A DNA stretch of 62,278 nt, counting the filler, from Basidiobolus ranarum (Eukaryota), in NCBI GenBank assembly GCA_040143965.1. It is 33 parts of 33 records of this genome, joined end to end, with 100 filler letters (N's around TTAATTAATTAA, not from the genome) between each part and the next. Parts side by side here need not be neighbours in the genome. Positions count along the whole stretch, not along the records: positions 26,525 to 28,315 come from JASJQH010011200.1; positions 28,416 to 30,206 come from JASJQH010011201.1; positions 30,307 to 32,097 come from JASJQH010011202.1; positions 32,198 to 33,987 come from JASJQH010011203.1; positions 34,088 to 35,876 come from JASJQH010011204.1; positions 35,977 to 37,765 come from JASJQH010011205.1; positions 37,866 to 39,654 come from JASJQH010011206.1; 26 more parts are not named here. One strand, 5' to 3'. Both the position numbers and the translations under genes were made by a program. Positions 26,662-39,654 of the stretch are shown one piece after another (the stretch's first letter is position 1; the number at the start of each line of letters is the position of its first letter). Below the pieces are notes generated by a model, which ran no database searches, was not told the DNA's origin, and saw only the letters and a list, made by a program, of their open reading frames with translations.

Positions 26662-27625
26662 ATGCCAGAGCCATTGACTGAACGGATTTATATCAATCAT
26701 ATTCCGAACAAGGCAACAAAAAGTCCAGATTTCATCATTCACCTTACTAGTTATACGTTTTTCACCAAGTGGATCTACGAGGTGGATTCATTAATGGCTT
26801 TAGGTGCTAGCTACGCAGAAGGAATGTGGACTTGTAATAATCCCGCGGGATTTCTTTCATTTATCATGACGGAAATGGGATCTTTGAAAGTAGATCCTAA
26901 AAAAGAATGGTTGCTGTATGGTATGGCTTGTATTCGCCATCTGTACCCAGACCTTAACCAGAACCCAGCTGAACTTCAATTAAATACAAAAAAACTGGTG
27001 AAATCGTATGAATACAGAAGCCCGGTGATGATTGTCGCAGACAACCTGGATATTGACATGAAGGTACTGGTACGCGAATGGCATCACTTCTACTTCATAC
27101 TTACACAGACTTTCACTGCTACAGCGCAACAGGAATTCTCTCGTTGTAACACCGGCGGATTTTCTACATGCTCTAAATAATGCCAATAGCATAAGCCATG
27201 TAATATTGCTATCCCCTATCCCTTCAAGCGTCATGCAAAAATTGCAACAGAATTATCCCGACATTGGCATCGTTACTTTGTATCCATTTGCCTCTGACCA
27301 AAGCCGAAAGGCAAATCCTTTGGATACTCTGACTACCGCGTCTACTACTAGTATATTGAAACATTTCTGGATGCTACTGATGGCAGTGTTGATATACATT
27401 ATGGATCAATGGGGCTTCAAGTTAGTAGCTAACTTTGCCCCAAATACAACCCCGTACGAAATGAACTCTCGCTTCCGGTCTTTCGTAGAAGCTGCAATAG
27501 AGGAGAAACTAGAGGATACTTTCAAGAATGAAACCCAACATACTAGTAAATACACAATGGATCTACTCCAATCTGTTAGATACGAAAGAGCCAAGCAAAT
27601 TATTTGGTATGCAGCATGTCCTTAA
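26662..27625 (+). CDS. Hypothetical protein of about 300 aa; exons 26662-27063 and 27125-27625
   Basis: A 61-bp GT-AG intron (27064-27124, phase 0) joins ORFs 26662 and 27206 in frame; CpG-normal; an upstream exon is possible. Confidence 0.7.
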
Positions 27626-27779
27626 TCATTCACAAATACGTATTATATTTGTCCAATAGTCCAGTGAACTCTCAATAGCTTAATTCTACTCTATACCGAA
27701 CCTTTTTCTACCACTTTGACTGATGATAAAAAATAGTTCTCAATCCCAATTTTGCATATGCCACTTTCAGAATTTAATT

Positions 27780-28315
27780 TGGACCGCTACAGATTGCCAA
27801 CTTGTTCTCATCATCATTAATTATATCTTATAGAATTATCAAAAATAGCTGCTTCACAGGAATATGACAAAATACAAAACATGAGGATTTAATTGAATCT
27901 TTCCTTAAATAATTTGAAACTATAAGTGCTACATTAATTTGACATGAATCAAGGTTATAACCTTAATAGCCTTCCACATGAGTTCCAGAGCCTATTAATT
28001 GCACTAAAATCAATAATTGAAAATTTGACCTTAAAATATGTTTTTGCCAGACTTCTGGATAAAGATTTATCCAAATTAGGATTGTAACAAAAGAAATGAA
28101 CAAAATGTTTTAATAGGCATTGAGAAACCTTCCTATATAGGTCAAAAGCACTTTAAGAAGAAAAGTAACACATCCTGTGAATACTGTAAAAGAACTGGCC
28201 ATTTAAGCAAAGATTGTTGTAAAAGAATTGCAAAAGATGATAAAAATACTGAATCTGGAAATGTAGTTACAACAGATGATCACTTGTTCATATCTGCTCT
28301 ATCTATGACTATCAA
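27780..28315 (+). mobile_element. Copia gag remnant with zinc knuckle
   Basis: LNSLP.EF..LLIAL and CEYCKRTGHLSKDC; homologous to 37866-38050. Confidence 0.8.
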
Positions 28316-28536
28316 NNNNNNNNNNNNNNNNNNNNNNNNNNNNNNNNNNNNNNNNNNNNTTAATTAATTAANNNNNNNNNNNNNNNNNNNNNNNNNNNNN
28401 NNNNNNNNNNNNNNNAAGTTATATATGACTATATAGGTGTTTAGGCAATGCTAATTTCAACATTAACTAGGAAGAAATTTGAGAAATTTAGACCTTCCTT
28501 ATGCTTAATTTATATGACTATTCAGTTGAGGGAGAA

Positions 28537-28885
28537 TGTTGCAAATAGCATAGCCTAAGCACCTATATAGTGATATATCGCATAGTATTTAGTTATTCTA
28601 TATTGCACTAAGATATCACCCACCATTCTCAATCAGGATTTACTTCAAATATTTTTACCAACGTAGAAGTTCTATGATATATAGCTTTTTCAAACTTTTG
28701 CTAGAAGCCCCAAACTTTGCACACATATTACTGGGACCTTCCTTAACATGTTGTACACGTTTGTTTGCTTACATCTTAGCAAAACTATAAATGTTAACTT
28801 TCTACTCAATAAATCGATCAGTGAAAACCACCAATTCTTCTGGTTCTCCAAACCACTTCCAACAAATTCCCAAAATACTTTGACA
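28537..28885 (+). repeat. Copia 3' LTR-B (TG...CA), preceded by polypurine tract GAGGGAGA
   Basis: Full 349-bp copy; others at 44709-45054 (minus), 52962-53300 and 62007-62278. Confidence 0.8.
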
Positions 28886-29028
28886 CTATATTGTAACGAC
28901 AATTCCTTAACATACAACTGTGATTAATTCAGTAGTTATAGTATAGAAGTATTTTCAGTGGAAAAAGAATTTATTATTGAATGCAAAAGAATGAGTGGAA
29001 TGCAAGGGAGTAGTGGATTAAGAGATTT

Positions 29029-29433
29029 TCAGTCTCGTACATAGAATACAACCGATTGATCATAACATGTTTCCCCCAGTTTGTTGGTTGAAACCAGCTC
29101 GATATGATATGAAGCTCGAGAAAGCGCCTGTTGTGGAAGCACAACCACTGCGGACCCTTGAGTAGCACTGAATGGAGAATTTATAACTTTGGTAACGCCC
29201 ATGGAGGAGGCAGCACTTTCAGCATATTCCCATACAAGATTGACGTTTTGAATTTGATCAATTGAAGAAGAACCAACATTCCAAGAGATGGTTAGTGGCC
29301 GACCGGAGTGGTAGACAAGTGGCTGAGGTGAAGTTACAGGATTGGTAATTTGAAGACGATCGCAGGCAGATTGAACTGAATTCAGTGACAGAAGTACAGC
29401 GAGGATTGGTAAGGTTACAACTTTAAGAAACAT
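29029..29433 (-). CDS. Small secreted protein (134 aa), Kre9/Knh1 N-terminal-like Ig-fold domain
   Basis: Signal peptide MFLKVVTLPILAVLLSLNSVQSA; ITNP...SGRPLTISW pattern; two Cys; TATAAAA about 50 bp upstream. Confidence 0.8.
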   Translation of the reverse strand: MFLKVVTLPILAVLLSLNSVQSACDRLQITNPVTSPQPLVYHSGRPLTISWNVGSSSIDQIQNVNLVWEYAESAASSMGVTKVINSPFSATQGSAVVVLPQQALSRASYHIELVSTNKLGETCYDQSVVFYVRD

Positions 29434-30306
29434 GATGGATGTCAAGTGAATATGATCTTTCATACCTGATGCTTGCTTATTTTATACTAAAAGCTCCAAC
29501 ATTCTATTGGCACCCTTATTTGTACACTTTGGCTTTGCTAAGCATTGGCCTTCCCTCACATGATACGGCCAAGCAGAAGTTTGGTCTTCTACCAATCGTG
29601 TTTAAAGTACATATCTACCACTGCGCTATTAAATCAAATTAATGGGGACTTTTCACCAACAATCCAATAGATGTAGCGTTTGTTACTAGGTATGTTCCAG
29701 TGGCTAGTTGACACCTCAATAAACATTAAATCGAGCCAAGGGATTTACTTTCCGAAACATCAGTTGTGATATGAATGGTCTTGGCTGGTGGTCCTCCAAT
29801 GAAGATACACCAGAAAGTAACCGCTCTTTTTTGTACCTATGACTACAACCTTATACTACTTTTAAGTTACACGGTTATTCAAAACTGACGCCAGGAAATG
29901 TCTTGAACGTTGCTTACTAAGCTTCCAGAATAGGCCGCTCAATGACTGAATGGATAATTATGGAATATCTCCCGTCGATTTCGATTATGTGTAGATATTA
30001 GCTTCAGGTGAAAGAATCATGTGACTGATACCAATTGATGTAATAACATCAATTACTTAGTACTAGTGTACTTTGCTGCTTACATGATATTGCACCAATG
30101 CAAGAAGAAATCCCTTCTCGAAAAAAATACAGAGCTGGAAGAAGAGTAAGGGCTGTGAAAGTTTACACGGTCAATCAAGAATCAAGGTACTTCTCACCTC
30201 GAAATGNNNNNNNNNNNNNNNNNNNNNNNNNNNNNNNNNNNNNNNNNNNNTTAATTAATTAANNNNNNNNNNNNNNNNNNNNNNNNNNNNNNNNNNNNNN
30301 NNNNNN

Positions 30307-31040
30307 ATGTCATTATAAAGCTTTTGCCTCTCTGTGAGTATCTCTCCTCTGGGCCTCTTGTTAGCTGTGACACATCCTAGCCTTCTGCGTTCTTCCCCAA
30401 CATACACCAAATCAGCCATAGTCATCTCATATCTTACAGATGGTGCATGCCTATCAAACCAAACCCTTTTGTCATGGTGTCTCCATGGATGTTGCCCATT
30501 TAACCAAATGATGTTTTCTTCCAAATCTGTCAAAGCCTGGAACTTAACACTGTGGGTTTTGTACTTGCCTGAATAGAATAGCTTTCGGTTGCTTCTGGGC
30601 CTGTTAATTCTGACTGGTAATGTGTCAAGAATACCTCTGATATGAACTCTATTGGGAAATACTCCAGGAAATGGAAGGAAATTAGAATCTCTAAATCTTT
30701 TGTCCCAGGCACCTTGAACATCATTCATCACTGGAGCTAGATAATTCTCACTTACCTAAAGCCTGGTATGGAAGCTGCTCCTACTTTTGCTACCATTAAT
30801 AGTGCACTGAAATCTGATTGGACAACAGTTTTTGTAGTAATAAAACAAATTGACTAACTGCTTTCTGATAGGTATTAGAGTATATGAGCCACAGTATTTC
30901 TCAAATATAGCTTCTAGGGTGGTGATAGGAAAGCCAGCAGTTGCTTTTGGATTAATCTCGAATGACCATTTAGAGTAGATGGAGTGCATGATATGAATCT
31001 TGTATTGAGCTGGCACAGTACTGACTGATCTGGCATGCAC
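30307..31040 (-). mobile_element. PIF/Harbinger-IS5-like DDE transposase (DDE_Tnp_4 type), degenerate
   Basis: GILDTLPVRINRP, FYSGKYKTHSVKFQ, HHDKRVW, MADLVY, KRPRG..LT.RQKLYN; ORF 30756-31040 is in frame, separated by one TAG. Confidence 0.85.
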
Positions 31041-32197
31041 AAGTTATTTATCTAAGAATTTCAATTAACATGGTAAAGTTCCCTACATTCTGTGTAATAA
31101 AATTTCTGTTTGTGTTTATTATCCTAATTGTTTCAATTATGTGTAGTTGCATGGAAATTATATAATAAACTGCATCAGCAAAGTTAATCATAGTTCAATC
31201 AAAATCAATTTATTTAGTGTACATATCCAAATGGCTCAAAGCAGAATGCATTATGCTTTTTCACACTATAGGAAATTGACTTTGATATTTTAACCAATAA
31301 TATAAAAAGATCCCTAGTTCTGATTGAAACCAAAAAAGTCAAACATCATAGATATATATGGTAGTTATGTATCATGTCAAAACAGATTCTTCCTGCTTCA
31401 CAACCTACTATGGTACTGGAAACCACCACTTCCAAAATTTTGCATGTACAGTCAAATGAAGGTGTGGGTGGAACAAAGCAGTGCATGCCTAATGATTTTA
31501 CAGATGCCCATGTATCCACTATGAATTCCTGCTTGGATAAATGGGAGTACTGATAAACTTGCCAGAAGCTGGGGAAGGGGGCATTAGACAAAAGTTGAAG
31601 CAACGTTTGACTCCACTTTACCTGATTCAACCAAACCTACCAGTGAGCTTTTTACATCTGGAGAAGAGTCAGCTCCAGGGAGCATGCCACCAGAAAGACA
31701 TACTGGTTTAATGTGAACTACCACCCAACAGCAACAAAGGCCAATCGCAAGAATTATTGAACCTTCCACTTTGTGGGATGTAGATCTGACACCTTACAGC
31801 AATCTACTAAGACAGTGATCCATTACAACGTGTACCCCCATGAAACCACAACAACAGGTGTTTGAGAGAGATAGTGTAGCTCTTACTGAGCTTGAAGAAG
31901 CCACAACAGTCAAACACAATCCTTGAGGTAAACAATATGCTGCAATGCATTCTGCCATGCAACAGAGATCATGGCAGCCAGTCAAAAAAAATGAAGCTTC
32001 TACTGTGGTTGAAGAGGCCAGAATTGCCAAATGCAAAACTCAAGGTATACAACTTGCTCCAACACATACTGGAATGCAACCATGGCAACAGCCAGTCNNN
32101 NNNNNNNNNNNNNNNNNNNNNNNNNNNNNNNNNNNNNNNNNTTAATTAATTAANNNNNNNNNNNNNNNNNNNNNNNNNNNNNNNNNNNNNNNNNNNN

Positions 32198-33300
32198 ATA
32201 TAATAGGGTATTCTCTTTACAAACTCCTATTGCCTCAAATTCTTGAGAAAGTGGGCTCTCAGACAGGTCATTATTGTTTTCTACAGGCGTCTCACCCTTT
32301 GTTGATATTTCACCAAGTTTAATATCTAATTGCTATCCTATCTTTTGCCCAAATAATCCGGGCTTCTAGCACAAGTTTGAAAAATCCATATATCTGATAA
32401 CTTTTAAGTTGGTGTCAATATTCTAGGTAATACCAATTGAGAATAATAGGTAAAGTCTTAGTGAAATATTAGATAATTAAATACTAAGCTACATATGACT
32501 ATATAAATGTTTAGGCTATGCTGATTTTATCAGTAATACCTCTTAATATTGGTTGGTATCAGAAATATATAATGCACCTATATGTCTGCTTCTTCATTAT
32601 TACTAAATAATTGTTTGATGAGTTTGGAATCATGTTTTGTTGAAGTATTTAGGCAGTTTGTTGGAAGCTGTTTGGAGAACTAAGAGAATTGATGGTCTTT
32701 ACTTAATGATTTATTGAGTTGAAGGGTAAACAAAAAAAGAAATGGAATGTGTTAGGGAAGGTGCCAAGAACATTTAATATGTGCAAGGTTTGCTCCCTCT
32801 AAGATTAGATTGAAATTCCACATATCTGAGAGCTTCAGAGTGGGTAAAGCTATTCTAAGTAAATTGCAATTGAGAATGGCAAGTAAAATTATGGTGAAAT
32901 ATGCAATAACTGTATGCTGTTGAAATTAAACTATATAGTCAAATATAGCTTAGTACTTGGTTATCTTATATTTCACTATTACCTATTATTTTCAATTGGA
33001 ATTTACCTAAAATATTCTTACCAACTTAGAAGTTCTCAGATATATAGATTTTTCAAAGAGGCCCCAAACTTTGCACACTTGTTCCTGGACCTTCCTAAAC
33101 ACACTCTACATGTTATTTTGCTTACATCTTGACAGAACTATAAGTGTCAACTTCTAACTCAATAAATCAATAAGTGAAAACCACCAATTTCTCTAATTCT
33201 CCAAACCACTACCAACAGGCACCTCAATACTTTTACAAATACCCTGTAGTATATATCAATATATAGATGTTTAAGCTATGTTGATTTAAATTTAGAGAGT
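32198..33300. repeat. LTR-B-like fragments on both strands
   Basis: Matches to the LTR-B core at 32360-32530, 32640-32910 (minus) and 32918-33235 (plus). Confidence 0.65.
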
Positions 33301-34087
33301 TCAATATACAATTACATGGCTGATAAGGAAAGCATAACCATTTAATACATTTGATTTTGCTTATTTTTCAGTCACAGGTTGGGAGTAATGTAAAATATCC
33401 AGGTCCCTCCTATACTTTTAGTTTCCATTATCAGTGCACAATATACATCATGTTGTATACTGAAGAATCTCAATAACTTTGCAAAATACTTCATTTTATA
33501 AAATTTAGTAGGCTCCAAAAAATTACAATTTTTTATGAATGAGCAATTAGTACAAATTTGGATTATCCTAAAAATCCACTTTTTTGCAATTCTCATTCAA
33601 AGTCATGGTATTTTTTGCAACCATGTAAGACAAATAGCCATTTACAGTCATAACCTGTGAATTTTTGCCATTAAAAACAATTTCACTGAATTTGTCCAAA
33701 TGATATACATATTAGGTAATCTGAATTCTTCCATTTCCTCACTGAAACAGCTTAGTTTCAACTCCATATGTATCAGTATCTGGATGATGTCATCAGCAAG
33801 TATCCAATCAGAATGCTATAATTGCTTCAACAGGGAATTAAGAACCAGTTAGGTGCTGACACCTCATACCTAAAGTCACTTTGACGTAAGTTTGGTTTTA
33901 CTAGTTTGGAGCATATTAATCATCCTATCACAATCTATGTCTTGCATATATATGACTCACTACCTGAGAAAGTCCTTATATGGAAATNNNNNNNNNNNNN
34001 NNNNNNNNNNNNNNNNNNNNNNNNNNNNNNNTTAATTAATTAANNNNNNNNNNNNNNNNNNNNNNNNNNNNNNNNNNNNNNNNNNNN

Positions 34088-35767
34088 TTACTACATACTT
34101 AGGGGATTACAATCTCTGGACTTGCTCTATTGCTGGACAGGACCACATCTGGTAAATTGATTAATGCTTCATCATTACTTGAGGTAGTTTCCAGCATGTT
34201 AATGCCTTCCAAGGTGGATAGTGGGTTGCTACACTTCTCATCAATCAAGTCCTCTGTTCTTGCTGGTTTTTTCCCTTTGTGCAAGCAGGCTTTGGCTTGG
34301 AAGCCAATTTTGATTTTGATTTTGTCTGCTTTTTGAATGGCATTGAGATTTTCAGATGTTAAACTTGGTGTAATGCAACTGCTTAGAAACAACTTATAAT
34401 AAACCAAAATTGCCATCCATTACCAGAAATATCTTGTTAATCCCCTGATGACTCATCTATGAGGCTGTCTCAGAGTCAGCTGATGATACTGATGGGCTAT
34501 ACCTAAAATACAACCCTTATGTAGGAGATGATCTTTTTTCCACAATATCCATCTCATGCCATAACACAAACATTTAAAGAAGCCCTGCTATTATTGTCAC
34601 AAATTCTTGTGCTATGAAAGCTGGAGGCTCCATAGAAGAAATAACCACAAGCATTGTCACTGTACAAAGCTACCAGCTGCACAAAGCCTGGTGCATATCA
34701 ACAGTAATAAGTGCACAAAATTGACTTTAGTCTTGCCCTCTGAGTTCACTGACTTTACTTTGCCTCAAAGCTTTAGTAACACTGCCAAATATCAAGATAC
34801 CATGGAGTTACCACAGTTATCTGACCAGAATGATGTTAATAGAAATGCAACTTTGGTCAAACCAGTAAGTCCAGACAACTTTGAGGACATGCTGCTAGAT
34901 GTTGCCCTTAGTTATTCTAGTACAGATGGTAGTATATCAGAAGTTGAAGAAGAAGACAATGGTTTTGTTATGGACTCTTTGTTATTGGCAAGCATTAGTC
35001 AACTCATAACACTCATAATAAAGAAAGCAGCCTTGATTATTGAGGAGTGGAGAGTTCAATCCAATCTTAGCAACCAGGTGTTTATTGGCTTTCTTACACT
35101 TTAACAACAGTTGATTGGCAACTGTTGCTTGCCACAAACCTGGTACAAGTGGAAAACACTTGTCAATTGTATGACTTATGATCCATCATTAATTAAACTA
35201 CCATCATGTCCAAATGGTTGTTTGGCTTTCACCGGTTTCTGAAACCTCAAGGCATGTACTGTTTGCACACAATTGGCAATCACTGAATCAGGTAAATATT
35301 GTTCATATTTGGCTTACATACCATTGATTCCCCATCTTGAAGTTTTGATGAAATCACCCAAATATAGATCATTGATCCAACACCAAAGTACTCACCATAA
35401 AGCTAATGCTGGTACCAATATACTTGATGGATATCACTGCCAGAATCTGAAAAATTAAAGTTTCTTTGAGAACATGTATGATCATGGATTTGCATATGCT
35501 ATGGATGTGTTCTCACTAAGCAATTTTACTGCTGGAAAGGCTTGCTGGCCAATAATTTCAATTAACTTAAATCTTCCCCCTTCTGAATGGTATAAGAGTC
35601 ACAACATTTTGATACTATCCTTTATATCTGTACCTAAATCACCTGTGCTTATAGATAGCTTCTGGGAGCATTTGATTGCGGAATTTGAATGGCTATCTAG
35701 TGGGGTTCAGATGGGTGAATATTTTATTAAAGCTAATATCATTGTATGTAATGCTGACACTCCTGCC
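34088..35767 (+). mobile_element. CACTA-like element core: ORF2 start (minus, ATG 34416) and transposase (plus, ATG 34556)
   Basis: Divergent ORFs; transposase runs from KKPCYYCHKFLC..WRLH to CWPIISINLNLPP and ADTPA, then is cut by LTR-A at 35768. Confidence 0.85.
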
Positions 35768-36469
35768 TATTGGGAAAATATGGGCTGTTTGGAGGAACTT
35801 TAGAAAAGTGGAGTTGTGAATAGCTTTGTGAGATAATTATTTATTGACCAGAAATTAAGCATTTATACATTTTGGTNNNNNNNNNNNNNNNNNNNNNNNN
35901 NNNNNNNNNNNNNNNNNNNNTTAATTAATTAANNNNNNNNNNNNNNNNNNNNNNNNNNNNNNNNNNNNNNNNNNNNTATCCCCCGCTGGGGAGGGGGGGG
36001 GTTCACGCTACAGGCTACCTGGTAGTGGACCTCAAAGTGATTAGGAATCCCGAGGAAAGACTTTGAGCATTCATATTGCGACTTCACTAGCCAGCATAGT
36101 ATATATCATCCAAACTAAAAACCGTGGTTACACGCATATACGAGTTGGGGCTTCTGTGGCCAACACATTCCGTTGGTTACATGGTTGGGATCAGATCTAG
36201 CGGAATTGGAGAGATATCTAGTAATTATGGAAAAAAGGAAATTTACTTATGACGCCTTGACAATTAATTACTTTCCCGTCATTCCCAATCATAATTGGTT
36301 ATATGATCTTAATAAAAATTCCTATAACATCGTGATTCCGATGAAGTTGAAACGTATATAACTGTGCCCACCGTCTTGCTAACTTCCCATAACTCCATTA
36401 CCAATAGCTGTGGTAACGGATATCTCTGATCCCCTGCCTTGACTGTCCTTTCTTCACATTACTATTGAG

Positions 36470-37765
36470 ATGTCACGAAAGGTTCGCATAGTCCTAATCA
36501 CTATGCTCACTATTGCTGTGTGCTCATTTCTTGGGTTCACTTATGTAAATACCTTTGTAAACGGGCAAACCGAACACCCAGATTTGGCACTCGACTCTCT
36601 AAATGACCCACTACTACAAGGCCAGAATGGACACGTCCCAGACCATACCTACTCTAACGAAGCCTCTCTAAACCCGCCAAATTACGAATCAACCAACTCT
36701 GGATATGATCTAGTCATTCTTATTAATTCCGAGATGTCCTATTTCGAAAGCAGAAAACAAATACGCAAAGAGCTGTTTGGCGTGGTAGATAACTTGAAGC
36801 CATGCCTTGGATACAATGGTCGCATCAATTACAAATTCTTTGTATCAGAAAGTGACATGAACATCGAGGATCTACGTCGATTAAGATCGGAAATAATGGA
36901 ATACGATGATATTGTCACTCTTCCAAAGATCTCTACCTGGAAGAAAGAATATTCAATGCTCCACTGGGTAAGTGATTCTTTATTCCACTTCAGGAGCTTA
37001 TCCCCCCCTCATCATACTCACTATATATCTTCTTTTTAGGTGCATTCCAAACAAACATCCATGGAGTATCGTCATGTCATGCTTCTGGATTCCTTCACCT
37101 ACGTAAGAGTAGATCAGATTCTCTCCGAGTTAGATTATATGACCCAAGAAGCTACCGAGAACCAACAGGAACTGCCAATCTTATGGGGGAATCTTGAATT
37201 GGAACGAAACCAAACCAGAGCCATTGTACTCGGAGAAAGTTTAGTGGAAGATCTGTTAACCATACCTTCCTTGCTTCCACTACCAGGGGCGAAAGCCTCT
37301 ATTATGTCGCGGATTTTAGATAACAGGGACAACGACCTGGTCTCTCACATCCCAATGATTAGTGATAATCGGTTCGTTGAATGGCCCAACAATCCTCACA
37401 TATTGCCTAAGAATGCCATTGCAGTTACCATGGTTTATCAACCGGAGGAGTTGGCCCTAATTACTGCTCGTCTCCAACCCAACCAGCCTCCACTATGCAT
37501 CGACCCCCGTCCTGAGACCAAGCTCGGGATCATCACTACCAGCTTCATTTACAAAGATGGCTGCATGATGGATGCCGGTCTCCGGAGTGCAACTAACAAG
37601 CGAAACTACGCGGCCAAGCATGGATATTATTTCATTGCCCGATCGATGGAATTTGCAATACAGATTTATCGCGGACGTCGTTTTGTTTGGGGTAAGATAG
37701 CCGCGGTTGCTATAGCCCTAGGAGAGGATGATTGGGTTCTTTGGGGTGTTATGGTGGCTGTGAGC
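36470..37765 (+). CDS. Type II membrane glycosyltransferase: GT31-like domain plus GT34 (Gma12/Mnn10-like) domain, 3' truncated; intron 36968-37039
   Basis: N-terminal TM helix; LVILINS..SRKQIR..YKFFV..SEIMEYDDIV..MLHW; then NKRNYAAKHGY..WGKI..DWVLW; 72-bp phase-0 GTAAGT..TAG intron. Confidence 0.85.
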
Positions 37766-37865
37766 NNNNNNNNNNNNNNNNNNNNNNNNNNNNNNNNNNN
37801 NNNNNNNNNTTAATTAATTAANNNNNNNNNNNNNNNNNNNNNNNNNNNNNNNNNNNNNNNNNNNN

Positions 37866-39310
37866 CCTTTCTATAAAGGTCAAAAGCACTTTAAGAAGAA
37901 AAGTAACACAATTTGTGATTACTGTAAAAGAACTGGTCATTTGAGCAAAGATTGCTTTAAAGGAATTGCAAAAGAAGTAAAATGTACTGAATCTAGAAAT
38001 GTGGTTACAACAGAAGATCACTTGTTCATATTAGCTGTATCTATGACTACAAACAAGGATTCCCATACATGGTATATTGATTCTGGAGCCTCTCAACATC
38101 TAACAAATGAAAAATATTGTTTTGTGGATCCTGAAGAATCCTAATTAGAAAGGTTTTCATAGGAGATGACAGGGCATTGGATGCTATTGGAATGGGAACA
38201 ATTCAAGTCAATTTAACTGGAGCTTCTGAAGAGAAAGCATACACTTTTAGGGATGTGCTACATGCTCCAGATATTGCCCAGAACATAATATCTGTATTCA
38301 AGGCCATCTCGGTAAGGCTAAAATTCAATTTTGATCAGTCAGGATGCACCATCACAGATCAAAATGGGAATTATTTAGCTTTGGGAGAAAAGGATCAGAG
38401 TTTAACAGACTTACATATAATCCAAGAGATTTATGCTTGAATATAAGTTATTCCAATCAAGAAACTATTCAATGATGGCATAAGAGATTTGGCCATATTG
38501 GATCTGATTATTTGAGCAAAATGATCAAAAATTGCCTAATTTCTCAAATTCAAATCAACACCCTGTGCCAAATGGAAATTTGTGAGGGTTGTAAATATAG
38601 AAAACAAGCCAGGCAACCATTCAAGAGCTCTTGTTTAATCAAATTTGTCAAAAAATTGGATCTAATTCATTAAGCTTTGTGTGGACCTATGCAAAATTTA
38701 TCTTGAGGTGGAAAAAGATATTTAATCATATTTAGTGACAATTATACTAGATACACTTAGGTCTACTTTATGGAAAGAAAAGAAGATGCTCTCTCTATCT
38801 TTAGAGATTTCAAAACACTTGAGGAGACTAAATTGGAACTAAAATCAAGAAAATATGTACTGATAATGGTGGATAATATACTTTACCACTATATAAGCAC
38901 TTTGGCAAAGTTCATGTAATTAAGCAAGGAACTACTGCCCCCTATTCACCTCAACAAGATGGAGTTGCTGAAAGGGCTAACAGGACTATAATAGAAATGG
39001 CAAGATCTATGATAAATGCACAAAATATATCTCATAACTTTTTGGCAGAATCTGTTGCTACAGCTGTATATCTGAAGAATAGGAGTTTTACTAGAAGTCT
39101 TTCTAACTTTACACCATATCAAGCTTGGTTTGAAGTTAAACCAGATGTATAACATGTAAGGATTTTTGAATGAATTGCTTATGTCAAAATTATGACCAAA
39201 AATTGGTCTAAATTTGTTCCAAAAAGTAAGAAATGTATATTTCTGGATCATTGTACTCAAACTAAGGCCTACTGACTCAATGATACCAAAATTTCCAAGT
39301 TAATCAAGTC
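37866..39310 (+). mobile_element. Copia gag knuckle, protease and integrase remnant
   Basis: CDYCKRTGHLSKDC, WYIDSGASQH, DVLHAP, WHKRFGH, PQQDGVAERANRT; same family as 7588-8430. Confidence 0.93.
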
Positions 39311-39654
39311 CCTATTTTGCTGTAGATTTTGTCAGATCAATGGAGTTTACCCTACCAGGCATATGTGTTACTACTATCCAAATACTACACTAAGCTCCAT
39401 GATTTTACCATAAAGAGCCTAGTCAGATTTCAACATACTCACCAATATCAATTCACCAAATAGTCAGTCTAACATCAAACTTGGTATTAGCCTTAATCCC
39501 AGGATCATATTGCTAAAGGGGATTAGCTTGAGCCAGAGCTTCCCATCATGCACTATGCACTTACTATTCAACAACATTTCAATACTACCCCTAACAAAAA
39601 TAAAATTAATTTGATCCAGATTGGATCCACCCTACAATAGAGCAAAACCATCAG
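39311..39654 (+). mobile_element. CACTA-like transposase fragment interrupted by end A of another copy at 39589
   Basis: CCRFCQING...MHLLFNN then CCCTAACAAAAATAAAA. Confidence 0.8.

Noticed and set aside
30033..30067. Hairpin AATTGATGT/ACATCAATT followed by CTAGT, like a Helitron 3' end
   Set aside because: AT-rich stem, single occurrence, no 5' end or helicase evidence.
33372..33660. Possible MITE bounded by TCACAGGTT...AACCTGTGA
   Set aside because: Only 9-bp arms, no target duplication, single copy in the window.
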